From IMG/VR virus record IMGVR_UViG_3300035180_001452, positions 32,001 through 96,000 of that record: DNA of 64,000 nucleotides. One strand, given 5' to 3'. This document shows, one piece after another, positions 10,601 to 20,300 of the stretch. Made by a program: the position numbers and the translations under genes. The notes beneath the pieces were generated by a model. That model made no database searches and was not told where the DNA came from. It saw only the letters and a list, made by a program, of their open reading frames with translations. Each line of letters opens with the position of its first letter. The first letter of the stretch is position 1. The stretch comes from a virus.

Positions 10601-13600
10601 CATCATAGCCATTTTCATAAGGTCAACGTTTTCGTTATACACAGCAATTTTAGCTGTTGGGTGCTTATTTATTATTTTAGCTGCTTCAGTTAACATTTGC
10701 ATATCAGCTTTATTCATAGCAGCTATGTCATTAACATTACCAAGTATATCTGTTGTGGCTTCTTGTATTCTACGAGTATTCTTCCACCCTCTAAAGGACT
10801 TGTCATATATAGTAGTTCCCTGTTTCTCTCCAAACTTCTTTTTAACTATACCAACATTTCCTAGTCTCGTATATCTAGGACCGTATGTTTCAATATCTAG
10901 AGCTAAGTACTCTTCTTTATTTGCTGCCACCTCTTTTAATCTAGCTAGCTGTGCTTCTGGTCCACCCTCCATAGATGAAGCTATATACGAGTCATCATTA
11001 ACTTTCCATATTGGAAGAGGGCCATCAACAGGTTTCATACCAAGTAGTCTTTCTTCATCTGTGAAAGTAGCGCTCCTCATCAGCTGATCAAAAGTCATCT
11101 TGGTAGTATAGCCTTCTTCTGTTGTAAAACCAGTTCCATATTCATCATAAACTATATGAGGAGCTGATGGGCCGTTTATATTAGCTATCTTAGCTCCAGA
11201 AGGACCCTCTTGTCCCATACCGTACTGGCCTTTTGTTTTTGCAGAAGGAAAGTCCTTTTCCCAATTTAGGGATAGCCCTTCCATAGGTACCACAAGATTC
11301 TTATCTTCTCCTGCTATTACAACTCCAGGTTTTCCAGCTACCTCTTTAGTTTCAAAGTTTTCTTTTCCTAATGTATTAATAATATTTTCTACATGGTTTA
11401 TATCCTCAACATTCCAAAAAACTTTACCGTTCTCAATACGCACACCTCCCGGTAAAGCATTACTATATCCTACGGTCTTATCTATAAATTCTAATAGCCA
11501 GTTAGCTACTTTTGTATTGTTAATATCTGATTCGTCTTCAGCATATTTAGAAGCTAGTCTTAGTGCTACAGTCTTAGCATATGCTTTTTCTTCTTCAGAT
11601 TCAGCGACTACTAAGTTACCTACTGCCTCTTCTAATAGAGGATGTTTATCATTTAAAGATTTATTCCATAATCTTGTATGTTCATTAAACCTTATCTTAT
11701 CGCTATCATTAATTTCTAACCAATTTTCTTCGTTTCCAAGCTTCATGTTATATGTTTCTAGTAAATTATTAAATTCGCTATTGTACTTATCAATTTTGGC
11801 TATAATCTCACCATACTCTTTATGTTTATCGCTTTCTATAATTTGGTTAACATACCAATCATATTGGTTATTCAACTCAGCCAATTGGGTAATATATCTA
11901 TTATTTTGTCTACGATACTTATCATATTGAGCCACAGCCTTCTTCAACTCTATTGTTTTATCTTTAAACTTATTCTTTATATCAGGATCATTATCTGTTA
12001 GAATATCCATAAATTCTATAATATGTCTATGTATACGTGGGATATTTTCACTTTCATTAAAACTAATATTATTATATATAGATGAATAGATATTATTTAC
12101 AAGTTTCCACTTCTTGTAATTTATTTCTAGTAAATCATCTAGTCCTTTTAGTATACCTTTATTCTGTGTAAGTTTTTCAGCATTATCTTTAGCTTTTTTT
12201 ATAATTTGGTTAATATACCAATCATATTGTTCACTATACCTATAGTATTGGTAAGCATAGTAATTATATTGTTTATTATACTCGTTCTGTTCGGCTATGA
12301 TATTACTTACTTCTGCTAGTTTATCTTTAAATATCCTTCTTGTAACAGAATATTTATATTCTATAGTGTCATCAAATTTTATAAGTCCTCTTTTAAGGTA
12401 CTTGTTACGTAAGCGAACTTTACTTCGGGTAAGCTTAATATTGTTAAATATAGACATTTGTATATTATTCATAGGCTCTTTAATATTTGCTATATATTCT
12501 TCCATATCTTCTACTCTAAACCCTATTATATCTTCTAGCCTATCTATAGATTTCATTATACTAACAGACTCTTCTGTATTTCTATTAGGAAGATTAAAAA
12601 TTCTTCTATGTGTTCTTTTAATACTAAGCTTAGTTCTTAGTAGAGATTTTATAGAAGCTCCTTCACCAGTAGGCCTACTTTCCATACCTACTGCTTCTAG
12701 TAAATCTTCTTTTTCCCATCCACCAGCAGCTACAGATGCGCTAAATATCTTACCATAGGCACCCATTTCTCTATAGAACAGCTGTTCGGCATTTTTTCTG
12801 TGCAGTTTTCCAGCTGTTGTAGATATTAACTTAGCTATACTCTTTGCCTCTTTACTACTAAGGTTATTAAACAAGCCTAGTAAGTGGTCTTCTATAGCTT
12901 TACTATCTGTTAAACTAACTTCCTTTGGTATAGAGTTTATAAACGTTTCTATTATAGAAGTACTTCCGCCTCTTTTCCTTATCTCTCTTAAGATTCTTTT
13001 TTTACTAGGTAGGCTAAATATAGTACGATCTATAACTTCTTGTGCATATCCACCCTTAGAGGCCGATTCAATAGCTTGCATAGCATAGTCTGTAGGATCC
13101 GCTATAGTGTCGGCAATAGTTAAGCCTTCTGTATCAGCAATCTCTTTAGATAGAGATACAGTTCCTTGGCCTGAAATAGGCTTACCTATACGAGTAAATA
13201 CATCTTCTCTTGAACCTAGCCTTCTACGAGTAATAGATGCTACTTCTTTCACAAACTTTTCGTTAAAGTTTTCTGCGGAAAACTTGGACTGGTTACTAGT
13301 TAAGGCAGCAATAATTTCTGTTGCTAGCTCTGACTGTAAATCTTCTAGTTCGTTTATATCCATAGAAGCAATAGTAGCGGGCGATATTCCAAGACTACTT
13401 AATATCTGCTCTCCTACTCTTGACTTTAGTACTTTTCTAGGGTCAATTGTTCCATTTGTGGCTACTCCTAACAGTTCATATACTCTTGAAAGATCTAGCG
13501 CTTTATCTCCTAGAGAAATGGAGGTTCTATTAAATACTTCTTTAGCACCACTAGTAAGGCTACTTATATCTGCATCAGACATATCTAAAGTCTCGCCTGC

Positions 13601-15472
13601 ATTAGACATAATCCTTAGTAGAGCTTGTGCTGGTGTTTCACCCTCATGGTTAGACATATATAATCTATATAGTGGCTTTGATACAGTTTTACCTGCTTCC
13701 TCAACTTCAGTACGAAGAGGCATAGTTACCGGAGAAAGTGTTACCTTAGGCCCTCCATCAGCTAGTGGATCAAACTCAGTTATACGCATAGCAACATTAT
13801 ATGGTCTTAATATTACTGTGTCATTTACTCCTTTAACATCCTCTAACATTGGGCCTAAAGTATTTGTATATTTTCCAAACTCGCCTATACCACCTCCTTG
13901 TGCAGCTGTTGGAAATTTGGTCAGAGCTCTTCTAATTTTATTAATATTATTCGGTGTGTGGCTCCCCCATATACCAAGGCATATCTCTTCTTCTGTTGGA
14001 GGCATACCATTAGACTGTTTATACTTTTCTATAAACTCTCTAATCATTAAGTTATTTATAGAATCATTATTAGCTATAGACCCGTTAAGATATTGAGTCA
14101 TTTTAAATCCAGGCTTATCTATTTTACCCTGTAAATAATCTCTAAACTCTCTAATTAATAAAACATTAGAACTATCCATAGGCTGCATTAGCTCGCCCTG
14201 TCTCATTACAAATTCATTCCATTCTCTAAGGTTCATATCTCTAGAAAAGCCATAAGTATAAGACTGTTCTCTTATGTCCTCACTAAAGAACTCTCCTAGA
14301 GAATCTTTACCCGCTATAGATTCGCTAAGAGATTCAGCTGTTCTAAATCCATGAATATTTGCTATTTTTCCAAACCTATCTATATCCTGTAAATACTCTC
14401 TTAACATCCTCTCTCTACTCTTGACTTCTGGATTTAACATCTCAGAAAGAGCTATAGCAGTTTTACGTACTCCCTCTCTTTTAGGGTTGAGATAACCTAT
14501 TCCAGCCCCCTGGCCTAAACCGGTATGCTGTGAGAAAAGCTGAGAGGCTTTTGAGTGCCCACCTATATATTTTCTAAACTCTTCTATTAAAGATTCAGCA
14601 TCTTGTTCTCGGCCCATCTGCTTAGCAACAGCCCTTATATCTTCAATTGCTTGGGCTACTTTGTCTGCTACTTCTGGTACATACTCTTTACCGGAGTAAA
14701 ACTCTCTGAGTATTCTTTGTGTTTTTTTAATCCTAAGAATATAGTCTCTACGTCTTCTTGCTCCTCGCTCTAGCCAGGATAGTACATCTAAAGGTTCGTT
14801 ATCAATTAATAGCCCCTCATTAAACCTAGCGTTAGGTCTATTTTTAAAAGTAACCTCTAGCTGTAGTCCATTTTCGTCTATCATTTCTGATAGAACTTTT
14901 TTTGCTATAGAACCTATTATCTTTTTTTCGTCATTATTAAGTACTGACGATACTCCTTCTATACCATATATCTTTTTAATTTCTTCTTCTAAGAAGTATC
15001 TAGATTTACGAATAAGCTCTCTTTTTTCTCGTTGCGAAAGACGTGAGGTATTATATACTAATAGTTTAGGATCAACTGGAACAGGTTCAGGCGGTGATTT
15101 AGGTACTCGCTTAGAGCGAGTAGGCTTAGCTGGAGTAGGTGGAGTAGGTGATGTAGGGGCTGGCCTAGGAGTTCCATGAGAAACTCCTACTTCATGAGCA
15201 GGACGAGGCACTTCAGGATGTGGATTTCTTAGCGCTCTATCTATAAATCCTCCAGCAGCTCTGTTAACGCTCCCTACAATATTAAGAGCACGTAGCTGTA
15301 TCCTAGCTACATACCCCTTACGTATAAGGTATACAAATGCAGCTGTATTAATCCCAGCCCAGGCAATATTCTCTATTCGCTGGATAATACCAATTTCACC
15401 GCTCTCTGTATCTTTAACGGTATCTCCAACTCTAAAGTCTCTTGGGTTTTCTGAGTAGTGCTGTTTTCTCAT
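7658..15472 (-). CDS. Giant 2604-aa protein with DEDDh 3'-5' exonuclease domain and HTH-like motif; probable internal virion protein
   Basis: ExoI LALDIETYG, ExoII AVYNENVDL, ExoIII SHTGAEDA. Also EFIEKYKQSNGMPPTEEEIC, a Pro-rich N-terminal linker and an Ala-rich C-terminus with one hydrophobic segment. Confidence 0.65.
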   Translation of the reverse strand: MRKQHYSENPRDFRVGDTVKDTESGEIGIIQRIENIAWAGINTAAFVYLIRKGYVARIQLRALNIVGSVNRAAGGFIDRALRNPHPEVPRPAHEVGVSHGTPRPAPTSPTPPTPAKPTRSKRVPKSPPEPVPVDPKLLVYNTSRLSQREKRELIRKSRYFLEEEIKKIYGIEGVSSVLNNDEKKIIGSIAKKVLSEMIDENGLQLEVTFKNRPNARFNEGLLIDNEPLDVLSWLERGARRRRDYILRIKKTQRILREFYSGKEYVPEVADKVAQAIEDIRAVAKQMGREQDAESLIEEFRKYIGGHSKASQLFSQHTGLGQGAGIGYLNPKREGVRKTAIALSEMLNPEVKSRERMLREYLQDIDRFGKIANIHGFRTAESLSESIAGKDSLGEFFSEDIREQSYTYGFSRDMNLREWNEFVMRQGELMQPMDSSNVLLIREFRDYLQGKIDKPGFKMTQYLNGSIANNDSINNLMIREFIEKYKQSNGMPPTEEEICLGIWGSHTPNNINKIRRALTKFPTAAQGGGIGEFGKYTNTLGPMLEDVKGVNDTVILRPYNVAMRITEFDPLADGGPKVTLSPVTMPLRTEVEEAGKTVSKPLYRLYMSNHEGETPAQALLRIMSNAGETLDMSDADISSLTSGAKEVFNRTSISLGDKALDLSRVYELLGVATNGTIDPRKVLKSRVGEQILSSLGISPATIASMDINELEDLQSELATEIIAALTSNQSKFSAENFNEKFVKEVASITRRRLGSREDVFTRIGKPISGQGTVSLSKEIADTEGLTIADTIADPTDYAMQAIESASKGGYAQEVIDRTIFSLPSKKRILREIRKRGGSTSIIETFINSIPKEVSLTDSKAIEDHLLGLFNNLSSKEAKSIAKLISTTAGKLHRKNAEQLFYREMGAYGKIFSASVAAGGWEKEDLLEAVGMESRPTGEGASIKSLLRTKLSIKRTHRRIFNLPNRNTEESVSIMKSIDRLEDIIGFRVEDMEEYIANIKEPMNNIQMSIFNNIKLTRSKVRLRNKYLKRGLIKFDDTIEYKYSVTRRIFKDKLAEVSNIIAEQNEYNKQYNYYAYQYYRYSEQYDWYINQIIKKAKDNAEKLTQNKGILKGLDDLLEINYKKWKLVNNIYSSIYNNISFNESENIPRIHRHIIEFMDILTDNDPDIKNKFKDKTIELKKAVAQYDKYRRQNNRYITQLAELNNQYDWYVNQIIESDKHKEYGEIIAKIDKYNSEFNNLLETYNMKLGNEENWLEINDSDKIRFNEHTRLWNKSLNDKHPLLEEAVGNLVVAESEEEKAYAKTVALRLASKYAEDESDINNTKVANWLLEFIDKTVGYSNALPGGVRIENGKVFWNVEDINHVENIINTLGKENFETKEVAGKPGVVIAGEDKNLVVPMEGLSLNWEKDFPSAKTKGQYGMGQEGPSGAKIANINGPSAPHIVYDEYGTGFTTEEGYTTKMTFDQLMRSATFTDEERLLGMKPVDGPLPIWKVNDDSYIASSMEGGPEAQLARLKEVAANKEEYLALDIETYGPRYTRLGNVGIVKKKFGEKQGTTIYDKSFRGWKNTRRIQEATTDILGNVNDIAAMNKADMQMLTEAAKIINKHPTAKIAVYNENVDLMKMAMMAKKHQDRIKAEIAEMAAGASQVPTTPEAAQLVKRLAEMEKAYNTFVEANKNRAINVMFLESAIAPEGGFQALSTAAARRGILKGAQSHTGAEDALLTAKVMEAGVNDYLKVDISKWHQLSAEEFKDKILYGHPTRMRDPYGNNIPVDISNRMLAVESIRKGIDPSTGGEQWAVDLVDANTTTRRTVFAEDALQLSTVLQNLREANLNTTQVAKEEDRIAKDLFNRRIHEILSGERSGTGKFGFEDIEWKMKLAEVPEEKLKVTRDAFAQYVESSDSPELRERLKWIDTQFLKDPRIRRQYRSGLDWFNNQYKIYDRPFFNLIDKEMKAGSINAEQAQHLIRLRWKEVYGAQNTEGALFNFAKEVAQKPFHEWTITPDITNSYRIRLATPQLTKYGIEEFVLRTFYRAHENDPGKALGIMRTALGKVANEQDLIGFFENGGVFRNNQVAYREILSRHLIENNFKFEGKSVVDLIRKAAGVPDNVSLELGMDATRNLAFGIRSYMQTNMEKQLATNPSLNNEFEGVLWWKGIEQRGYKSRAVNRSIMLDYLNNFQKRIHDPAELSKMIRSEEEAMYKANPELRQAGLRLSSLEIPNAFMSGEYAPSVLNLTPRQVVSIHGAKGQTQLAKILIRDIEESRYGANGGFLTDIQRQEIKRVLNWQDMSESIKGITKGSIQPVEVNGITRNIGEAIVPLGGKSYYLRDLLASKAKDKILEELDKSSYTNNMFYEAVHRYFGNAEPRAVGGAPTSIGGNAVGRAATKATAKATRTAVGGTVNKGAANIASAAVANSTQNGPSVAKATVAAANAAIANSAPKGPSVARSANAVGQAWIINSGKAEDFGKFISGIMPSSMDNLGNKLRGLLKGSGVLAIGGALLTLGVMSSRIGIRKSAPSILTEDDQINEPKMDNRVVRKEVPIHKSIHGRIKGVVDSNVDPNEIVNAVHAAIDMHSTGASDKSHVISNDRRKITKQEANKIAKKLLR

Positions 15473-15485
15473 GGCTTATTAATAT

Positions 15486-15530
15486 AGGCCTCTATTTGCA
15501 ATCACAATAGTGAAACGCAAATAGAGGCCT
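15486..15530. promoter_or_regulatory. 14-bp inverted repeat upstream of the giant ORF
   Basis: AGGCCTCTATTTGC...GCAAATAGAGGCCT with inner TCAC/GTGA. Terminator or stability hairpin. Confidence 0.6.
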
Positions 15531-15571
15531 TAAGTGTGTAGTACTATAAATAACTATAGGTATTACCGTGG

Positions 15572-15829
15572 TTACTCAGTATCGTATAGGTCGCTAAGTG
15601 TAATCTTCATGCTACGTAGTCTAGCTCTTCTACTTGGTAGAGGTCTGGAAGCAGCCCTCTGTAATAAGATATTTTTCCTTAGATTTTCTACGGCTTTTCT
15701 GGTTTCTTGATAAGAAGGCCTAGTAGACGGTTCCGTCTTTTCTGCTGATTCTTGTATAGGCTTTTTCCACGGTCTAGGAACCTTTTTATTAACTAGCTTG
15801 TGTAACCTATCAGCTCTTCCTCTTCTCAA
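15572..15829 (-). CDS. Small basic hypothetical protein
   Basis: 85 aa, Arg/Lys-rich, GGAG SD before TTG. Confidence 0.55.
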   Translation of the reverse strand: MRRGRADRLHKLVNKKVPRPWKKPIQESAEKTEPSTRPSYQETRKAVENLRKNILLQRAASRPLPSRRARLRSMKITLSDLYDTE

Positions 15830-15839
15830 TTGATTGCTC

Positions 15840-16052
15840 CTAGAAGGGCAGTACTTTGTTATATACCTGGTTGTCTAGCTGGGTAACGACTGCAGTAGCA
15901 ATCTCATTCTCCATTGCTCTAACAACATCAACAGATACCTTATACTTTGATGCTAAAGACTGTAGTTGCTTTTCAGGAATTCTTAAAGCTCTACCGTGTA
16001 CCCAGTCTACTAACATTGGTCTAATTGCGCTATAAACGAATTTAAGCCACAT
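15840..16052 (-). CDS. Hypothetical protein
   Basis: 70-aa ORF co-oriented with neighbours. Confidence 0.6.
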   Translation of the reverse strand: MWLKFVYSAIRPMLVDWVHGRALRIPEKQLQSLASKYKVSVDVVRAMENEIATAVVTQLDNQVYNKVLPF

Positions 16053-16132
16053 TGTTTTATGCTTTACTAAGACTCTTTATAGAGTAGTCTTAGAAGGCCG
16101 CTCCTTATCGGCCAGTCTTAACATCTATATTA

Positions 16133-17098
16133 CTAGGCAATAGCTGCTGCAGGATGTTTGAAAAACTCTTTTGTGTTAAAGGCTATAAGGTCTCTAAATA
16201 TTTCCTTAACACTACTAAGTGGTCTCTTGTCTAATGCCCATATTATGGCATTGGTTGATGATATGCCCTTCCAGGGGATATTACTTTCCTTGTCTATAAG
16301 CTGGAAAGTGAGCGGCTTCGAAAAGATCCAGGATAGATAAACTCGCCAATCTTCTCCAATGACTCCCAAACAATTAGGGTTTTCAATTAGAGCAACCTGC
16401 TCAGCAGTAGTTAGTACTTCACTACTACCCCAAATAGTACCATTAGACTCTACATATACAGAAGCAATTCCTGTCTTATGTACTTTACACCACTCCCATA
16501 CAGTATCCCGGTATTCTTCACTAGCGTCCTCTGATATGGGAAATACCATATAGTAGTCATCTCTAACAGGCTTTCCATCCTCAGCAGCTATACTAGTCCT
16601 CAATTTAGTCTTAATAGACTTTTTAGTCTTACCCCTTACATATGCGTAAGGTATCATATAAGATGGTTCAAGATAATCTGTAATGTCATAGCTAGGTCGT
16701 AGGCCCTGTAAAGCCCTAGCAAAATCAGTAGTTACTGTAGAGAATATGCCATAGATATCTCCTGGAACCCCGCCTTCTGGAGCATTTCCAAGAAACTTCA
16801 TCATATCCTCTAGCTTCTTAGCTTTCGACTCTTCTGAATAAGTATGGGCCATTTCTAGTGTTGGATCAACAGTATATACAAGGTCATAGCCAATATGTGA
16901 GGCTTCAGAAAAATCGTCTAGACTATATATGTTACTAGCTAACGAAGACTCAACTACTAGCTCTTTACACGATTCAGTAGAAACTGCCGCATCCATAAAA
17001 ACTTGGTAAGGAAAGTACTTAATAGTTTCCCTCATAGCTCCTAGAGCAGCTAGCGTTTCTACTTCTTTTCCTGGAATCTTTACTAAGATCTTGATCAC
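16133..17098 (-). CDS. Divergent glycosyltransferase family 9-like (GT-B) protein
   Basis: N-terminal KILVKIPG..ETLAALGAMRETIKYFP and C-terminal TTAEQVALIE...VIGED..VYLSWIFSKP follow the heptosyltransferase pattern. The canonical GD and DSG motifs are not conserved. Confidence 0.5.
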   Translation of the reverse strand: MIKILVKIPGKEVETLAALGAMRETIKYFPYQVFMDAAVSTESCKELVVESSLASNIYSLDDFSEASHIGYDLVYTVDPTLEMAHTYSEESKAKKLEDMMKFLGNAPEGGVPGDIYGIFSTVTTDFARALQGLRPSYDITDYLEPSYMIPYAYVRGKTKKSIKTKLRTSIAAEDGKPVRDDYYMVFPISEDASEEYRDTVWEWCKVHKTGIASVYVESNGTIWGSSEVLTTAEQVALIENPNCLGVIGEDWRVYLSWIFSKPLTFQLIDKESNIPWKGISSTNAIIWALDKRPLSSVKEIFRDLIAFNTKEFFKHPAAAIA

Positions 17099-17099
17099 T

Positions 17100-17318
17100 C
17101 TAAGCCTTCTTTCTTATTGGAGGTTTAGTCTCTACAATATATAGATCATCTGTGGCCAAACAGTTACCTGAAACTTCTATAACAGAACCGTTTACTGTAT
17201 AATCTTCTTCTGGAGCCAGGTATCTTCCATTGAAAAATACTATACAGTTACTAGCATCTACTCCCTCTGGTACTAGATATCTTCCAGGTCCCAATAGTTT
17301 TAGTTTTAATTGTAGCAT
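17100..17318 (-). CDS. Small beta-rich protein resembling a tail-fibre repeat module
   Basis: VFFNGRYLAPEEDYTVNGSVIEV; SD AAGGA. Confidence 0.55.
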   Translation of the reverse strand: MLQLKLKLLGPGRYLVPEGVDASNCIVFFNGRYLAPEEDYTVNGSVIEVSGNCLATDDLYIVETKPPIRKKA

Positions 17319-17349
17319 GTTTTATCCTTATTGCACGTTCTTCCAGAGA

Positions 17350-17361
17350 TATTATGGCACA
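17350..17361 (-). promoter_or_regulatory. Candidate extended -10 promoter TGTGCCATAATA
   Basis: Identical 12-mer at 51519-51530 and 52172-52183, each upstream of a minus-strand start. Confidence 0.6.
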
Positions 17362-17373
17362 AATTCTACTAGG

Positions 17374-20300
17374 CTATATCTTTGATGCTACCTCATTAGT
17401 TCGGTCATGAGATAGGTTAACTTCTATATTAGACTCACTACCCTTAGTAGAATTTGACATATTAAGTTCTATGGAAATATCTCTAACTCCCCTACCCTTT
17501 AGTAGGGTTTCTAGTGTTCTATGTACATCGGCTACCTCTCCATGAATTACGGGAATAGGAACCTCTCTAGTTGCTATCTTAGCATCCATAGAATTTATAG
17601 GATATATCCCCATTTCCATAGGAGTAACGCCTTCTTTCTGCGCAGTTACTACTCTAGCGTTCTCTAGGTTAAACTCTTCTTTCCATCCGGCCCAGGTATC
17701 ATCTGGAAGTTGATAATTCTTAAAGAACTCTTTTAACGATTCTTTCTGTGGTGTATCTTTTTTACGTATACCTAAGTACTGTCCTAGTACTGATTTCTGT
17801 CTCTTAGTAAGTAATGAAAAGAACTCCTTCTTCTCTCTAGGACTTCCATTAGCTACTATATCCATCGCTAGCTCTCTTTCATACCTAGGCAATCCGCCCA
17901 TCACATTATTTAACGGATCACCTGGAATAGCACCAGTTATGGTCCTTTTAGCTAGCCCTCTATATAACAAAGCTCTAGCCGCTAATGGTCCTATATCATA
18001 CTCTTTTCTATTGGACTCTACAATCTTATTTATTTCTCTATTAATTCTCTTAACTTTTTTTCTCTTCCAGTCTACGCTAGCATCAGATAACATTATAGCT
18101 CTTTTTCTATTCTCTAACTTATCCAGCTCTTTTTTAATTCTATCTCCTTCTAGATCTTTTTCATCCGCAACCTTTAGAATATCTATACCTTCCTTTTCTA
18201 AAGCGGCATCAGCGTATTGTTTAGATAGTCTGGTATACTTTACATATCTTAGTGCATCATAGTACTCTTCTATTTCTCTTCTCTTTCGTACTCTCTTTGG
18301 AATGTACTTCTCACCGGTAAACACTTCTCCTAGAACTCTTCTTATAGACATTTGAGCAGCTAGCGCTCCTCCTACTGCAGCGCCTATCTTTTTACCGCCT
18401 ACCAGTCTTCCAAATAGAGATCCTATAAACGCACCAGTAAGAGTTGCTAATATTGGATTGCGAGAAGCTATAGCATCCATAGTCGGTCTAACGTAGGTTT
18501 TTATCGGTGCTGCCCAGTCTCCTGCAGTAGTACCATATACCTGAGATCTTTTATATTCTTCGAGAGCCGATCTAACTCTTAATAGCTTAGTATGAAATGG
18601 AGTATCTAGATGAGCAAACTTTTCCCATAGTAGGCCATATAGTCTTGACAACTTACCATATCTTGCTACTATACCGGGAGCGCTGTTGTCTCCTGTCTTT
18701 TCTATACCTACGCCTGTATCTATTAGAGCTCTGTTTACATTAGTACCGCCAGCAAATACTGCTGCCCGCTTAGTTTGTAGCATATCATCAGAGATCTGGT
18801 CATCATCCTTTGTAGCCATTACGGCTCTTATCTTAGCGCCAGGTTCTATGCCAAAGGTTCTGTAGAATGCGGTTATTGAATCATCGCCCTTTTTTACTCT
18901 AATATTTTGTTCCTTAAGATACTTACGTATTCTATCTTTACTTACTCTAGTACCAGCCAATCGTATCGGATGCTCGTCCTCCTCGACTATAAAAGTATTA
19001 GCATCTAGTATAGACTTTATAGTATATTCCCTGGACTCCGTTTTTTGATTAAACCTATAGTCTCTTATTTTATATATTTTCTTCTGCTGACTTGCCCTCT
19101 TTACTGCCTCATTAACTCTTTTTTGCTTATACTCAGCTACCTCTGGAGTATCCTCCGCTATCTCTGCTCTTACATTAGCAAGCTCTGTTTTTAGTTCATT
19201 AGACCACGGAGCAACGTCAGATAGAATCTCTACTCTAGTTAAAGAACCATATCCTGATACACCGTGTATTCTTTCATAAGCCTCTCCCGGTAATCTTATC
19301 TCACCGGCAGGAATCTTAACGTAAGGATCTCCAGTCTTAAAGTTTATAAAGTAGTCTTCTCCAGGCATCCAATCAGGCATTTTGTTAGGAACTGGGTTAT
19401 ACTCATGTATATTTCTATTTCTATGTGGAATAATTCTACGCCAGAATTCTGAAAGATCACCGGGGATACCACCCAGATTTCTGTCCCAAAATCTTCTTTC
19501 GTATCCATACCCTCTATCTGCTGATTGTATTACCGGGGTGTTTATAGTCGGAGCAGTTCCTAGTGCTGTTGCTGCTACCTTTTGAGCATAGCCATAGATA
19601 CCAGCAAGATCCCAGAACTGTTCTGTTAGCTTAGTACTCTGTACCTTAAAGGACTTTGAACTAATAGCATTACTATAATCAAAGCTACTATCAACTAAGT
19701 CTCCGCCTTTTATAGGAGTCCAGGTACCAGAACCTCCGGATTGTCCTCCGCCTGCACTAGAGTACGGCCCTTCTCCTCCTGTTCCAAGTCCTGTTTGTAA
19801 AGCACCTCCTCCTTGTAGTACTTTATACTCGCCACTCTTAGTGAAGCTGACTCTAGTAGCACTTGGAGCGCCATATCTACCGCTATCAGAACCTTCCTCT
19901 ACGCCCTCTTCTAGATATTCGGGATGCATGATTCTTGTAGGTTTAAGTATCCTACCAATAGTCATATTACCTATATTACCTAGGAAAGTATCTGGGCTAA
20001 ATAAAGTACCAGTTTCTATATACGGACGATCTTCTTTGTGCTTTTCTTCCCACCAATATGGGTCTAGTAGCTTCTTTATAGGAGAAAATGGATGTGATGG
20101 TGTTGGTATAGCACTATGCCCCCAGTACTCATCACTATTTAGATCTACATTAGAGGCTTCTTGCCACTTACTCTGAGATAGCTGATACCATGACGGGGAA
20201 TAATACTGAATCTTATCTCCTACAAAAGCCTGTCTGCTATTATGAACCGCCTGTGCTATAAGGCAAAAACTTTCTCCTTCTGCTACTTCAAAGTCATACA

